A stretch of 57,426 nucleotides of DNA, the filler included, from Ionaspis alba (taxonomy: Eukaryota), in NCBI GenBank assembly GCA_964255285.1. It is 5 parts of 5 records of this genome, joined end to end, with 100 filler letters (N's around TTAATTAATTAA, not from the genome) between each part and the next. Parts side by side here need not be neighbours in the genome. Positions count along the whole stretch, not along the records: positions 23,072 to 34,472 come from CAXUUL010000557.1; positions 34,573 to 45,961 come from CAXUUL010000558.1; 3 more parts are not named here. One strand, written 5' to 3'. The translations under genes were made by a program, and so were the position numbers. The notes beneath the pieces were generated by a model, which searched no databases, was not told the DNA's origin, and saw only the letters and a program-made list of their open reading frames with translations. The first letter of the stretch is position 1, and the number at the start of each line of letters is the position of its first letter. This document shows, one piece after another, positions 23,269 through 37,625 of this stretch.

Positions 23269-24834
23269 TCAACAACAAACGAGGCTCGCTCCCGTGTCAC
23301 TTCGTATCGCCCCCATCACTGCTCCTCCTACACCGCCAAGCCACAAAGTCATCAGAGAGAATATCCCCATAACCAGTCTCCTCGTGCTTGAACACCTCAA
23401 TCACTGGCGACCTATCCCGCCTCCGGATTCGCCAGACCCCTTCCGTAGTGATAGTCTGCTTGAGCCCTATGATCGATTAGCACTGGCGCCCTTCTTGTTA
23501 CAATAAGATGAGTCCTACAGTCAAGAAAGCTAGCGGTGAAATTAATGCACACGTTACCATCCCAAGTGCCTTTTCCAACACGCTTCACATTCCCTGGAAT
23601 AGTTCTCGTTTCAAGCTCTTCAAGTCCTTCCAAGATCCCCGTCCTACTCCGAAAGCCGACGATGATCTTAGGCACTCCAAGCAAGAACGACTGTATCCAG
23701 AATTTGAGCAGCTTCCGCTCGTATTTCATCTTATCTCTATCGTTCTCAATTGTGGCCGAGGTCTTCAACTCGACCCAATTGATTGGCTCGTCTTTCTTTT
23801 CGGGCTTCACGTCCCAAACTAGAGCTTTCAGTACGGGAGCGGCTTTGTAGATTGGATGAGAACACACCTGCGTCGACCTCACCACCGATGATAAGCTTGG
23901 CTTTACCAATGCCGGTCTTGACTATGGAACAGTACTGGGCATGGTTGTTGACTATCATGTCCTCTCGGCCTTCAATATACTCTCTAGATGTGGCATCCCA
24001 TATACTGGGAAGCAGTGATAGCGTCTCAAACTTGTAGCCTTGTCAGTGTCAGAAGGAACGCTGCCTGAATATAGAAGGAAGGTCCTACCCCAATAGCTCA
24101 TCAAGTCTTGCGAAGGACCTCCTGGCTGTGATGGCTGCGTGTGCTGGTTTCGCCGTTGCTCTAGTTTGTATTCGTGGTTCTCCTCGATGAATCTGTTCTG
24201 TTAGAGCCCGTGCAACCATAGGAATTGAATGACCCTACATCGTTCCCTTCACTCATACCAGCCATTAGCCACGACCAAACGAGACGATCGAGGAGGTTCC
24301 CACTTGGAAGTTGGTAGCATTCATCTCGAAGCTGGAGACCTTAGTATCCCACTGCCAAGTGAACACGGGTAAGGGAGCTTACCCGCTTCCACCCATGTTG
24401 TCATAAGGGGTCGCCATTATCTGAGTCAGCATCAGTAATCGTTCTCCCCGCGATTAACAGCGTCTGACCTTGGTCATCATTCCCCTCCACGTAATTATGT
24501 CTGCTTCACACTTCGAGCCTGTCTCCGTTTCCAAGGCTATTATTGTCTTCAGAAGACTATCGAGGTGATCATCTGCAACATCATCGAGCTGCTTGAAGGT
24601 ATCGAAGCCTTTGGAAAGGTTGGCGCCGATCCGTGGAGTATAGTAGTACCGTAAGGAGCGTTCGTCGAGATGGTACTGATGTTCGTCATCGTATGAGAAA
24701 CACGCTATTTCCTATGAGCTTATAAGCTTCCTGTGATTCTCGGGGTCGTTGCTGGAAGTGCTGACCTTAGGTCTACGAATGGCAGTGCTGGACCCTTCGA
24801 ATCGTTTCAAAGGTTGGATGTTGAAGGCTTTCAT
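23269..24834 (-). CDS. RAI1: decapping nuclease Rai1/DXO, multi-exon
   Basis: Spliced by eye: MKAFNIQPLKRFEGSSTAIRRPK-EIACFSYD, ITWRGMMTKIM, FQGTIFIEEN, YWGYKFE, LIIGGEVD, WVELKTS, KLLKFWIQSFLLGVPKIIVGFR. Confidence 0.92.
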
Positions 24835-25100
24835 CGTGGCATTAGGTATCAAGCATTTATAGCGCAATGCATTGGTCTAATGGCTGTTAAGATAATGTTA
24901 CGTGAGAGATCATGGATTAAGGGGCATGGCACAATTCTGGTAGACATCACGCCGCCATGGTCTGGATGAGTCGCGCTTCCCGAGACGCGAACTCAGTGCC
25001 GATGACGCTAACACGTGACCCGGGGTATACAACTAATATATGTTGTCCAAGAATTATCCTCACTACTTGGACCCAGATCCTGTTGACATGTCTCACACAA

Positions 25101-26730
25101 TCAGCTGCATCTCCTCCTAACCCTCCAAGCACTCAAGCCCCTTTTCCCAATAACCCTCCTCCAGCTCCCTACCACTCCCTCTCCACCCAAATCCAAATCA
25201 TCCAGCCCAACATGCCTCCATTCCGTCCAAACCTCCTCCCAAACCCATCCATCATCTCCCCTCCAAACCTCCAAGTCCTCTCTCGCCCTTGGTGCCACGA
25301 TCATCACATCATTTTTCCCTTGTCTACTGCCACACCTCTGTGCCAACGTCTCTACGGCATCCATTAACTCTCTCAGCGGGACACCCATCAGATCCATCGT
25401 AACCACCTTCTCCTCCCCAGCAACCCCATCTAGCAACCAAATCGGCGGACTATACGTCTTCCACCACAACACTTCCGTTNNNNNNNNNNNNNNNNNNNNN
25501 NNNNNNNNNNNNNNNNNNNNNNNNNNNNNNNNNNNNNNNNNNNNNNNNNNNNNNNNNNNNNNNNNNNNNNNNNNNNNNNAGGAAGGGTAGGGCGGGAGCG
25601 AGGAGAAGAGGTGTGTTGACGAGCAGGTGAGTGTAGTGCGGGTGCATGCCGTGGGTCGCGAGGTTGGTTGGGGACAGGTTATAGAGGAGGAGGGAGAGCG
25701 GTGGTAGGAGCGGTTTGCTGAACGAGAAAGGATGGTTGAAGAAGGTGGTGTCGAGACGAATAGCGAGGAGGAGGGTTAATAAAGCGGATAGGATGATGGA
25801 GAGGACTGTCAGGGGTCTGTGGGTTGAGAGCCAGTCAGTGAGCCGATTGAGAGAATGAGGAATTCCAGAGGGACGCACTTGCGAACGAGGTGAGGCAAGA
25901 TGTAGAGACCAGGGAGGAGTATGTAGGCAGGGAAGTTGATGCGATTGAAGATGCCGAAGATGACAAGGGCTCCGAGGAGGGCCGAAGTGTAGGTTGAGGA
26001 GCGCTATGCCAAGTGTTAGCCCTTTGTTGCTCTCTCTCAGTGGTTACGAATCCTACCTCGTTCTCCATGATCCGTTGCATCAGCACCAAGCTCCACAACA
26101 CGACCAGCGTCTCTATCGAATTGGAGAACGTATGTGTCTGGTAGGTCCAAGTGACATAGGAGGAAGCAACCAAGACCACCGCAATCCGTCGTTGTCGTGG
26201 CGAGTGGACCAACTCATGGATTGCCCAATCTTCGAGCACGAAGCTCAGGATGAACATCACGCCTCGCAATGTGTAATAAATGATCTTGGGCGCAACCTCC
26301 TCTTTGCCTGTTTCTGTCCACAACCACCGTAGGATCACCATGGGGAGGCCGTAGACTGGCCATAGCGGGAAGGTGCTGCGCACAGGATTGGAAGGGTCAA
26401 ACTCCCACGTTCGGTGGTGAGAGAAGCCAAAAATCTTGCCTGTAGCAATATACGTATAAGTGAACGTCTTGGAGGGAAAATAGGGTGGAGCTCAAAATTC
26501 CCCGGGCTGGGGTGTCTGCAGACTAGGTAAGATCGGCTCACCGCCAGCCAGCCAACGACGATAGTTGGACATATGCACGACATCGACGGCAGCCAGCCAA
26601 GGAACATGATGTATAACATACCAGCAATGACCTCGGGACCTTGAAAGTTTTCGTCCGGGTGGATATAGCTGGGCGAGAAAGTAAAGTAGAGCCGCACCAA
26701 GATCAACAACAAATATGTTCGCCTCCACAT
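25101..26730 (-). CDS. SMP3: GPI mannosyltransferase 4 (PIG-Z/Smp3); contains a 100-N gap at 25480-25579
   Basis: N-terminus [37 protein letters not shown]; motifs [54 protein letters not shown]. Confidence 0.92.
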
Positions 26731-27720
26731 GATTTCTCAAAGGTACGTCTTGCGAAAGATCTTCTCGAGGACATGTTGTGGAGATGTGGGGAACAGGATA
26801 TAAGAAGGGTCACCGAGTCGTAGGTAAGACTGGTCCGCACAGGTGCTAACATGCTACTTTGGTGGATCCCATCTCCTTCTGCCCAGAATCTGGGAAATTA
26901 CACACCAGCCGGCTGGTGATAGGCGCGCCATGACGTTGCTGGTCTTAAGTCTGTCGAGGACACAGCAATGATAATTTGTGTTTCTTGGTATATCTTAACT
27001 TTCCACTTATGATGAGCAGTGCTAGGAACAAACTATGGATCTGATATCAGAAGCGGAGGACTACGTCTAAGCCACATGGTAGCTTTCTTCCTAGTGCCGT
27101 GGCAGGGCTGGTTCTTAAAAGAGGTGGTCGAGGCTAGATCTGTACCTAGGATCCAATAGTGATGGGGTATTCACACTGAATGTCACACTGCTTGTGCCTC
27201 ATGCAAGGACTGAATGATCTCCTTCTCACAAGCACAATATGACAGTATACACAGCCCTACGCTGGGGATGAAGTGATTGTGGGCCAGCTTGTAGGTGACG
27301 ACTATGCGAACTGGAAAATTGACGGCAAAAGCGCCATTCCTGGATAGAGAGGAGATCCATTCATCGTATTATTATCATTGAAAGCTTTGTCTCTTGACAC
27401 CTGCAGTCCAAACGCAAACAACTGTCAGTCCAGCACATCCACGAATCAGAAGCGTGGAATATGACGCTACGGAGACTTGCTAACCATATACGGCTAATCT
27501 CGAAGCGGCGGAGTGACTGCTGCCTCTGATTGTCAAATCGACTGAGTTAACACTTTCACCCGCAACCAACCTACAAATACCACTGCTACTCTACCTTCCT
27601 TTCTCTCACAAAGAAACACTTTGCAAAACTCTCACACCATCTGGTCATCCTCCAAAAACTTCCCTTTCACTCTTACAAGTATTCTCTCGTTCTAACGTCC
27701 ACCACATCAACTTCGTCAAG

Positions 27721-28466
27721 ATGTCTATCCGGCTTAAGAGCTCCGACAATGTGGAGATGACCGTCGGTAAGTCGCCTATGAATGTTCTTCTCTAAACACT
27801 TCCTTGGTTTAGAATCGCTCTTCAGAAGGAATCCTCACAAGCTAACAAGTCTCTACCTACAGAGAAGGAGGTTGCTGAACGATCTATCCTGATCAAGAAT
27901 ATGCTGGAGGATATTGGAGAGGAGGCAACAACCGAGGCTATTCCTATCCCTAATGTACGATCCATCTTCCTTGCAATACAATTTGCCAAGCTCATGCAGG
28001 TTTTAGGTGAATGAAGCAGTCCTAAAGAAGGTCATCGAGTGGTGCACTCACCACAAAGCCGATCCTCCTGCGACTGCTGATGACGACTCGGACTCACGTA
28101 AGAAAACGACCGACATTGACGAATGGGACCAGAAATTTATGCAGGTCGATCAAGAGATGCTGTTCGAGATAATTCTCGTACGCGCCCACCAAACTCCTAC
28201 GTCAAGCCTAAGCATTGTCGCTAACTCAGTTTCCAGGCAGCAAACTACCTTGATATCAAAGCCCTGCTTGATGTGGGTTGTAAGACGGTGGCCAACATGA
28301 TCAAGGGAAAATCACCAGAAGAGATTCGCAAGACGTTCAACATCCAGAACGATTTCACCCCGGAAGAGGAGGACCAAATTCGTCGTGAGAACGAGTGGGC
28401 CGAAGAGTGAGCATCTCTCTCATGAACATCGAGGAAGCATAGCTGACATTGGTGCAAAGCCGCTAA
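27721..28466 (+). CDS. SKP1: SCF E3 ligase adaptor Skp1 (SconC)
   Basis: Motifs [81 protein letters not shown]; ends ENEWAEDR-TAA after a final intron. Confidence 0.97.
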
Positions 28467-30335
28467 ACCTTCACACCCTTCGACCTTGATAGTCATGACG
28501 CATATGCACTGTCCTAGTTGGAATTCCCTTTCGCTGGACGGCTGTTGTCGCAAACATTGCATAGGGATCATAGCTTATGAACTTGCATGGCGTTACTACA
28601 AACGGGGAATGTGGCTCTCTTGTTTTGTCTTCATAGTGGTGCACTTGTTGGTTCTGTCGTGGGCGCTGTCTTCCTTGCTTTCCCCGACNNNNNNNNNNNN
28701 NNNNNNNNNNNNNNNNNNNNNNNNNNNNNNNNNNNNNNNNNNNNNNNNNNNNNNNNNNNNNNNNNNNNNNNNNNNNNNNNNNNNNNNNAGACGGTCTCAC
28801 CTGATTGTGTTCCCCGTCCGCAACCGAATCCACTGAGGAATAGGACGATTCTGCTTCTGTGCTCGCGCGAGCTTCTGCTTTGTACGGAAGGTTTTGTGGC
28901 TCTATGAGAACATTAGTACACGATCTCAACAGTGGCTAGAGTCCGAGGCTCGAGCTTGATGAGCGGACGAACCGGCATCGTGAGGTTTTGTGCGTCGATA
29001 CTGGACTCTCGATATGGTGTCGCTTGGGTTTGGATGAGGTTTGATGGATGTGGGCAGGGCTATCGCTTAGCTAGGCCGAAAGAGCGTGCTAGTGTCTTGG
29101 CGTCAGGTGCCTGCTCTGCTTGGCCGGAGCAAATCAAACAAATACAATTTATATGGACTGGCTACGAATTAAAACTTACCTTTAATGAAGCGAAAAGTTA
29201 GAATGATATCTCTAGTTTCTACAAATACTGTCTATTGTTTTACTTGCAGTTCTAAGCGTAGAATAAGGCCTCTACAATGGGCCACGACACTTTTTTAGGC
29301 CTCCGACCAGCAGGCGCGCTGGAATAACTAAGCTCTTGGGGATCATGCTTGCGCCATGTATCGTGGGAGGAGTGTGAATCTACGGAGAGGTTACCTGAAC
29401 CAGTAGACTATCCGCTCCCAATGACTGTAACACTCGAGACGATTGTTGTCTCACGCATTGTCTGCTGACAGTACCATGCCGAGCGTGATTCAAGGGCTGT
29501 AAGGCATGAGATATGTATGTAACGTTCTGCAGTCATCCAGTACAGACGGTCATACACATTCCATCGATGTGATTGCATCCATTGCGAATAGAGTCATACC
29601 TGCACACCGCCTGGTAGCGCCTTCGGTGCTTGGGTAGCAAAGAAGCCGACACCGAGAGACAGTATTAGCCACTCATTACTGGGCACGTAGAGCGAAGAGT
29701 TATGAATCATTATCCGCTGTGACTGTTCTGCCTAAATCAGGGACTCCTGAACGACGTGGAATTGTGCATTGCCAAGTCTTCAATGACCGCTTGATCTCGA
29801 ATCGCTCTTGTTTCGGGGCGCGAAACAATCTCACAGGCCAATGGGGATACGGCAATTCGCCTGAAAGGGTCTATTCCACGCGAACGTCCAGGGATAAGTC
29901 TAGAAGAACGAAGGCTAAGCCTCGGCTACAGCCGCCTCCAGCCTATACGACCGAGTGACCGACATAACTCTAAGCGAAGACTTCGGATAGCCCGCTCTCC
30001 GTAACGTTAATGTTCATGGGTACGAAAAGGCGGCGACGGCGCAACGACAATGAGGATGGCCTTCCTTCAGCTTCCATATCACTCGGACTACTTAGATCTT
30101 AGGCTTCCACTTCGGCAGGCACCTTTTCACTTCTTTGTTCTGCCTTCATCTTCTGCACTCTGCTCATCTGCTTGTTGTTGACCCCGCCTGGTAAGCTTTG
30201 TTGACTTTGGCATTGGCAGAGCGGAATCGTTCTGGTGCCTAACATTCGTTATCTCCGGACCGAATTTCCACCACAACGAACATCTGCGCCGATACCTCGA
30301 CTAGTCATCCTTCCTCTGGGAGAACTCAGGTAACG

Positions 30336-33300
30336 ATGGACCGAGCCGGCGAAGAGTTGGCGCATGCCGCCATTGAAGTCGACGAAAAATACGCTGAAGA
30401 TACCGCCGTACCCTCCTCGAGCAGCGATCCAAAATCAAACAGCGAAGAGATTAGCGAGAAGCAGGAGGAAGATGTACAATCATCCGGGTCTTCATCCCAG
30501 GATGAGGTTGCCCTGGAAAAGATGGATTCGCAAATCATCAAGGTCGGCAATTTGAAGGAAGGCGACGAGGCATTCGCACATCTGCCGGAGCACGAAAGGG
30601 AAATCGTGAAGAGACAATTGGATATTCCCCCTATCACTGTCACGTTCAAGACGCTGTACCGGTATGCTACACGGAATGATATTATCATCATAGCAATCAG
30701 CGCGCTATGTGCTATTATTGGCGGAGCGGTCATGCCTCTGATGACTGTATGTATAGAAGTAACCAAACCAGGGACGGCTCCAGCTAACACAATCTGCAGA
30801 TTATCTTCGGTCAATTGACAGGCACCTTCCAAGGTTTCTTCAATGGAACAACCGACCCTTCAGCTTTCAAGTCTCAACTTGGAGGCTTCACCTTATACTT
30901 TCTATACCTCGCAATTGGTGAATTCGTCACGATCTATATCTGCACAGTCGGCTTCATCTACACAGGCGAGCACATCACTCAGAAAATCAGGGAACATTAC
31001 CTGGCGGCAATTCTGCGACAGAATATTGCTTTCTTCGACAAATTAGGGGCTGGGGAGATCACAACTAGGATTACAGCTGACACGAATCTCGTGCAAGATG
31101 GCATTTCAGAGAAGATTGCCCTCACGTTGACCGCTTTGGCTACCTTCGTTACTGCATTCGTCATTGGATTTGTCAAATATTGGAAGCTTACTTTAATTCT
31201 ATCGTCCACGGTTTGGGCCATTGCATCAATTATGGGAAGTGGTTCGACTTTCATTATCAAATACAACAAGAAATCTCTGGGTTCGTACGCAGTCGGAGGA
31301 ACTGTTGCCGAGGAGGTCATAAGCTCTATTCGGAATGCGACAGCCTTCAGTACACAGGCCAAACTTGCCAGGCAATACGATACTTATCTGACGGAAGCTG
31401 AAAAGTGGGGCACCCGCCTCAAGATCAGCTTAGCTATCATGATAGGCATGATGTTCTGGGTGGTAAGTACTTCTAGGCTTTTACTCCTTGTAGCATCGGA
31501 CTAATTAGTTTCCAGCTATATCTCAATTATGGTCTCGCTTTCTGGCAAGGCTCCCGATATCTTGTTGATGGGGAAGTCACCCTGTCAACTGTCATCACGA
31601 TCATGATGGCAATCATGATTGGTGCTTTCTCTCTCGGTAACGTTGCTCCCAATGCTCAGGCCTTTACCACAAGCGTGGCAGCTGCTGGCAAGATTTTCAA
31701 TACAATCGATCGCATTTCCCCTCTCGATCCTATGACCAAGGAAGGAGGGAAACTGGAACACGTCGAAGGAACAGTCGAACTTCGACACGTCAAGCATATC
31801 TACCCTTCGAGACCTGAAGTGGTTGTCATGGAAGACGTCAGTCTTATAGTACCAGCTGGCAAGACTACCGCATTGGTCGGTGCATCTGGTTCAGGGAAGA
31901 GTACCATCGTTGGACTCGTTGAACGATTTTATGATCCGGTCGGTGGCCACGTCTATCTGGATGGACACGATGTGCAGACCTTGAACCTTCGGTGGCTGCG
32001 TCATCAGATATCTCTAGTCAGTCAGGAACCGACCTTATTCGGAACGACGATTTACGGCAATATTGCGCATGGTCTCATCGGCACTAAGTACGAAAACCTG
32101 GATGACGAGAAAAAGAAGGATCTTATTATCAATGCTGCAAAGATGGCAAACGCCCACGACTTTGTTTCTAGTCTACCTGAAGGTTACGAGACGAATGTTG
32201 GAGAGCGAGGTTTCCTTCTCAGCGGAGGACAAAAGCAGAGAATAGCCATTGCTCGTGCCATGGTCAGTGACCCAAAGATCTTGCTGCTTGACGAAGCTAC
32301 ATCTGCTTTGGACACAAAATCCGAAGGTGTCGTTCAAGCGGCACTGGATGTCGCCGCGCAAGGACGAACCACTATTGTCATTGCCCATCGCTTGTCAACA
32401 ATCAAGACCGCCGATAACATCGTTGTCATGAGTCAAGGTCGTATCGTTGAGCAAGGTACTCACGACGAGCTACTTGAGAAGGGAGGAGCCTACTATAACC
32501 TTGTGGAAGCTCAGCGTATTGGCGCTGAGAGACAAGAACAGAGAACCGATGAAGAAGCCAAGAGCGACGAAGTCGAGAAACAACTCTCCAAGTCCTTGAC
32601 ACAGGAGAAATCCATCGATAACACTTTCGATCCGGACGATGTCAATCTTCAGAACAAGCTCAACAGGACGACTACCGAGAAGTCAGTCTCCAGTATGGCT
32701 TTAAGGAACAAAAAGGCAGGCCCTGCAAATAAGTACTCGTTATGGACCCTCATCAAGGTCGTCGGTTCTTTCAACAGGCAGGAGCCTGGACTCATGCTTA
32801 CTGGATTGTTTTGGTCCATCATCGCTGGAGGAGGTAATCCCACCCAAGCCGTTTTCTTCGCCAAAGCAGTGACTGCATTGTCGTTGCCTCCATCTCAGTA
32901 CGGGCAGCTCAGGAAAGATGCCGACTTTTGGTCTGCCATGTACTTGATGCTTGCATTCGTGCAGCTGCTCGCTTTCGTTGGTCAGGGTATTGCCTTTGCT
33001 TATTGTTCCGAGCGTCTGGTACATCGAGCTCGAGACCAGGCATTCCGAACAATGCTGCGACAGGACATTGCCTTTTTCGACAAGGAGGAGAATTCTGCTG
33101 GTGCTTTGACGACCTTCCTTTCGACTGAAACGACCCACCTGGCCGGTATGAGTGGTACCACCCTGGGTACGCTACTAGTTGTCTCGACCACACTTATCGC
33201 TGCGATAAGTTTATCTACTGCCATCGGCTACAAACTCGCCTTGGTCTGCACAGCAACGATCCCAATCTTGCTCGGCTGTGGATTCTTCCGTTTCTGGATC

Positions 33301-34472
33301 CTTGCCCAGTTCCAAACCCGCGCAAAGAAAGCCTACGAGTCCTCCGCTAGCTATGCCTGCGAAGCCACCTCTGCCATCAGGACAGTTGCGTCTCTGACCA
33401 GAGAAGAAGACGTCTGGCAACACTACCACGAATCCCTCGTCCTTCAAGGTCAAAAATCCCTAATCTCCATCCTCAAATCCTCCACCCTCTACGCCTGTTC
33501 CCAATCCCTCATGTTTCTCTGCATCGCTCTTGGCTTCTGGTACGGCGGCACCCTCATCGTCTCCGGCGAATACGGCATGACGCAATTCTTCATCTGTTTC
33601 TCGGCCATTATCTTCGGCGCCCAGTCCGCCGGTACCATTTTCTCTTTCGCCCCTGATATGGGAAAGGCTAAACATGCTGCTCATGAGCTCAAGACCCTCT
33701 TTGACCGCAAGCCTGAAATCGACTCCTGGTCCTCCGAGGGCGAGCCCGTCGATCATATCGAAGGCACCATTGAATTCCGAGACGTGCATTTCCGCTACCC
33801 TACTCGCCCCGAGCAGCCCGTCCTCCGCGGCCTGAATCTGACTGTCAAGCCAGGGCAATACGTCGCCCTCGTCGGAGCGAGCGGATGTGGCAAGAGCACG
33901 ACTATTGCGCTGCTAGAGCGCTTCTATAACCCGCTTTCGGGTGGCATCTTCGTCGACGGCAAGGAGATCTCGAGTCTCAACATTAACGACTACCGCGGCT
34001 TCTTAGCGCTTGTCAGCCAGGAACCGACGCTGTACCAGGGCTCGATACGGGATAATGTGCTTTTGGGTGCGGATCGGGAGGATGTGCCTGATGAGGAGAT
34101 TGTGCAGGCTTGTAAGGATGCTAATATTTACGAGTTTATTATGTCGTTACCGTAAGTTTTTCTCTTTCCTCCCACTTTCCTCCCATGTTTGGCGTGTACT
34201 AAGTGTACTTTCAGTGACGGCTTCTCCACCATCGTCGGCTCAAAAGGTAGCATGCTCTCGGGCGGCCAAAAACAGCGCGTCGCCATCGCCCGCGCTCTTC
34301 TCCGCGACCCCAAGGTCCTCCTCCTCGATGAAGCCACTTCTGCGCTCGACTCCGAGTCGGAGAAGGTGGTCCAGGCTGCTCTCGATGCTGCGGCTCAGGG
34401 GAGGACCACGATCGCGGTGGCGCACCGCCTTAGTACGATTCAGAAGGCGGATATGATTTATGTGTTTGATCA
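30336..34472 (+). CDS. MDR1: ABCB (P-glycoprotein-type) multidrug transporter, 3' truncated by the scaffold end
   Basis: TMD-NBD-TMD-NBD layout. Walker A GASGSGKS and GASGCGKS, two LSGGQKQR signatures, Walker [13 protein letters not shown]-loop AHRLST. Confidence 0.95.
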
Positions 34473-34572
34473 NNNNNNNNNNNNNNNNNNNNNNNNNNNN
34501 NNNNNNNNNNNNNNNNTTAATTAATTAANNNNNNNNNNNNNNNNNNNNNNNNNNNNNNNNNNNNNNNNNNNN
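34473..34572. other. artificial scaffold linker
   Basis: N44-TTAATTAATTAA-N44. Confidence 0.98.
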
Positions 34573-36884
34573 AGCTGTTTCTTGGTCGCCTCGATCCCAG
34601 GCCCAATGAGAACTTGAGTAGAGTCTAACTTCAATAGAAATTTGTCATACATAAGGCCTTCTAGCTGTTTGAAGTCTTCTTCGGTATATTTTTGCTTCTG
34701 TTTGGACTCAATGTCTTTCATTGTATCCTTGTCCACAAGCTCGCTATTGAGCGCGACATGTCCAGCATCAAATATCAAGCATAAAGCGCTCTTTTTGGTA
34801 ATGCTTTCGGGTACGATGATCAATGGAGCTTGGATATCCAATTTGGCATTCACTGTCTTGTGTTCTTCTAAAGCAAACTCAAGCCCGGCGCGCGTTTGCT
34901 GTCGTAGGCCCTCAACTGTCGCTCCGGCCGTCTCCATTAAAGCCCCTATCGATTCCATATGTCTTTCTGGAGGCTTGAAGAATTTGGCAATCTCAACCAC
35001 GAATTGAGGATTATAGATTACCTCAATACTCTTGAGCTTCAGGGTCACGGCAGTGTCGGCCGACTCATCCAGTGGATTCTGCTCAAAGACAAGGTGGAAG
35101 AGGGAATCATCGGTTGACGACTTCTGAGGTGTTTCTTCCTTCTTCTCCAGGGATTCGCGGTCTTCATCCGAATCTCCAGTGCTTTCACCTTTGGGTACGG
35201 TTTTGGTATCTTTGACTTTGACAATTTGTGGAAAGAGACTTCCTTCCGTGGTACCATCATAGACACGTAAGCCTCCTAGGCTAATGTCTGCCAGCAGCGA
35301 GTCTGGTCGTTGCAAAGCCTTGGCTTGAAAGTTGTCGAACATTAGACTCAACACCTCGTTTGCGTTGCCATGAGGGTCTCTTTTGAGAGTGAAGCTACCT
35401 GTGCGGAGTGAGGACTCTATCTGAAGCTTTATCGACTCGCGTGGAAGATCGATACTATCCGCAATCGCTTTCTTCTCGTCCCAGTCGATTGCTTCATAAA
35501 GTTCCTTGCGCTGTTCGTCGGTCAACTCGGTGCTTTCATCCTCCTGAGGTGGCTTCTCCTCCTGTTTCTTGCCGGAGCCCCAAACCCACGAAGACCATGT
35601 CTGTTTCGGAGGGGGTTTCTTGATGCCAACGTTCTCCTTGCGAAGCTGATTTCGTGCCAGAGACCGCCAAAAGCGAAGATCCTCATAAGAAAGCTTCTCT
35701 TCCAACTTTCGCATCTCTTCTTGCTCGGGCTTCGTCATTGTCTCGGCCTTCTTTTTCTTCTTGAATAACTCGATGTATCGGACACGGTCATCACGTCTCT
35801 CTTTGATGTAGTCCCACGTCCATCGTTTATTGCGGTCATGGATCCTCCTTACCACAGCGTCACCCGCAAATTTGAGCCACGCTCGAGGATCCTCTTTGGG
35901 CGTTTTCTTCGGTTGATACTTCTTGTACTCTTGATGTCGCAAGAAATAATGAAATAGGTCGACCATCATTAGCGCGTCTCTGTACTGATCTTCGTCCAAA
36001 ACGAAGCCTAGCTCGTTGAACAGCAGCCTCGCCTTGATCTTTGGCTTCTCGACCTTCCCAGTCTTGTCCATTTCAATTCCTGCACGTCCGCTGACTGGCT
36101 TGAGTATATACTGGTTATTCTCGCCTTTCTCAATGGCCTCTCGGAATTTCTCTATCAGCTCGTCATGGTCTATCTTTTGTGCTTCAGCTCCACTTTCCGC
36201 TCCTTTACCAGTCCCGAAGAGTTTAGCATCGGTGTTCCAATAGAAAGCGAGTGAGCCGAGTGTGGCGAGCTTATGTGTAGTTGTGGATGTGCTTTGTAGG
36301 AACGTCGGCCTCCAATTTTCGTCAGTGCTAACGGCACTGATTTCCTTCAGAGTGATACCCAGCGTGAATGGGTGCCCTGGATCGGATATAGAGTCTTCGT
36401 AGCGAATGTGGATGTTCTTGATGCTGACTTGGAGATTGTCGATCACAGTTGTTACGAGACTTTCAGTGAAGCTCTGGTTCTTTTTCTGTTCTTCCTGGCT
36501 CAGTCCTTCAGTGTTCCGCTCCTTCAATAGTTCAGCGTTCTCCAACTTCTCCATTTTCACAGCTTGCGCCCTTTTAGCCTCCTCTTCTTCATTGTACTCT
36601 GCATCCTCTTTCGGGGCGGCCAGAAGGAAGACATCCTCAATCTGGATTTTGGTCGGCTTACCGCGCAGATTCGATAGCGGGATTGAGAGTGTAAGCTGCC
36701 CAAGATGTCCTTCGACAACATTGACTGGGAGATGAAGCTGATCGAGAGCTTCGCGCCGTAACGCTAGGTTCTTGAGTGTAACCTCCCCACTCCAGATGCC
36801 GACTTGTAATTGTTTGGCGTCAAAGTTCTTGACATACATGCCCAAGAAGCGGTTGAGCAACGTTGCGACAAGTCCTTCGAGCAT
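34573..36884 (-). CDS. VPS13: Vps13 lipid-transfer protein, N-terminal (chorein) part only
   Basis: Chorein_N start MLEGLVATLLNRFLGMYVKNFDAKQLQVGIWSGEV; IIDNLQV-like segment with NIHIRYED; DIQAPLIIVP. The reading frame runs off the scaffold end. Confidence 0.96.
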
Positions 36885-37625
36885 CTTGACGGGCGAGAGC
36901 TATTACCCAGCCAAGGGAGATACTCAAAAAGGAATGTATTACTGTTGACCAGGTCTCTTCACTGGACTCTACCCATGGTCGACACGAGGAGTTCCCAAGA
37001 CTTCGTCCGCACGACAAAATGATTGTTTATTGTTTGCAGGCGTATTACAATAGACAGCGCGGTATCTCCTAAAGTCTGTTTCTCTTAATGTACGCCACCT
37101 TTGGATCGTCGAACGATTTGTGGCGTTGGCGTTTCGAGCGGGTTGTGCACAAAACTTGGTTGTCGCAAAGCTCCCTTGGTCTCCGATCCTTGGATGGCAA
37201 TGTTGATATTCCCGCCTGCTCAGTCGAGTGTATGGTGTGTATTCAGCTTGATAGATTTTTGCCCAGGCAAGAGAGCCGTATGTGCAAGCTGAACTAGATT
37301 AGACTTTCCTGACTGTCAATCCATACGGCAGGTACCTATCTATGGCTGTGTCTTTTTGACAGGATCTGTGACGTAGTTGGTCTGGCCGAGGGGCTTCTGT
37401 CGCTTAGCATTAGCTGTGAAGCTTGGACCAAGCAGGCTAAGCCGCAACACCTCGCAAGCTTCAAGCTCCTCATCCGAACGACCGCTCAGTTCTACCCACA
37501 ACGCCTTCGCATTGGTGACACAAGGACACCTTTGTGCTCAATTGAGATTGTACACGGAACAGGAAACAACCTAGTTGAGATTATCGAACAGGTATTCCCG
37601 GAGCAGAAGCCGACCTATCGGCAAG

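Noticed and set aside
27009..27044. C/D box snoRNA (ATGATGA…CTGA) between SMP3 and SKP1
   Set aside because: The boxes are only about 25 nt apart, with no terminal stem or recognisable rRNA guide.
30336..34472. MDR transporter as the cluster's exporter
   Set aside because: It is separated from the cluster by two artificial linkers, so there is no evidence of linkage.
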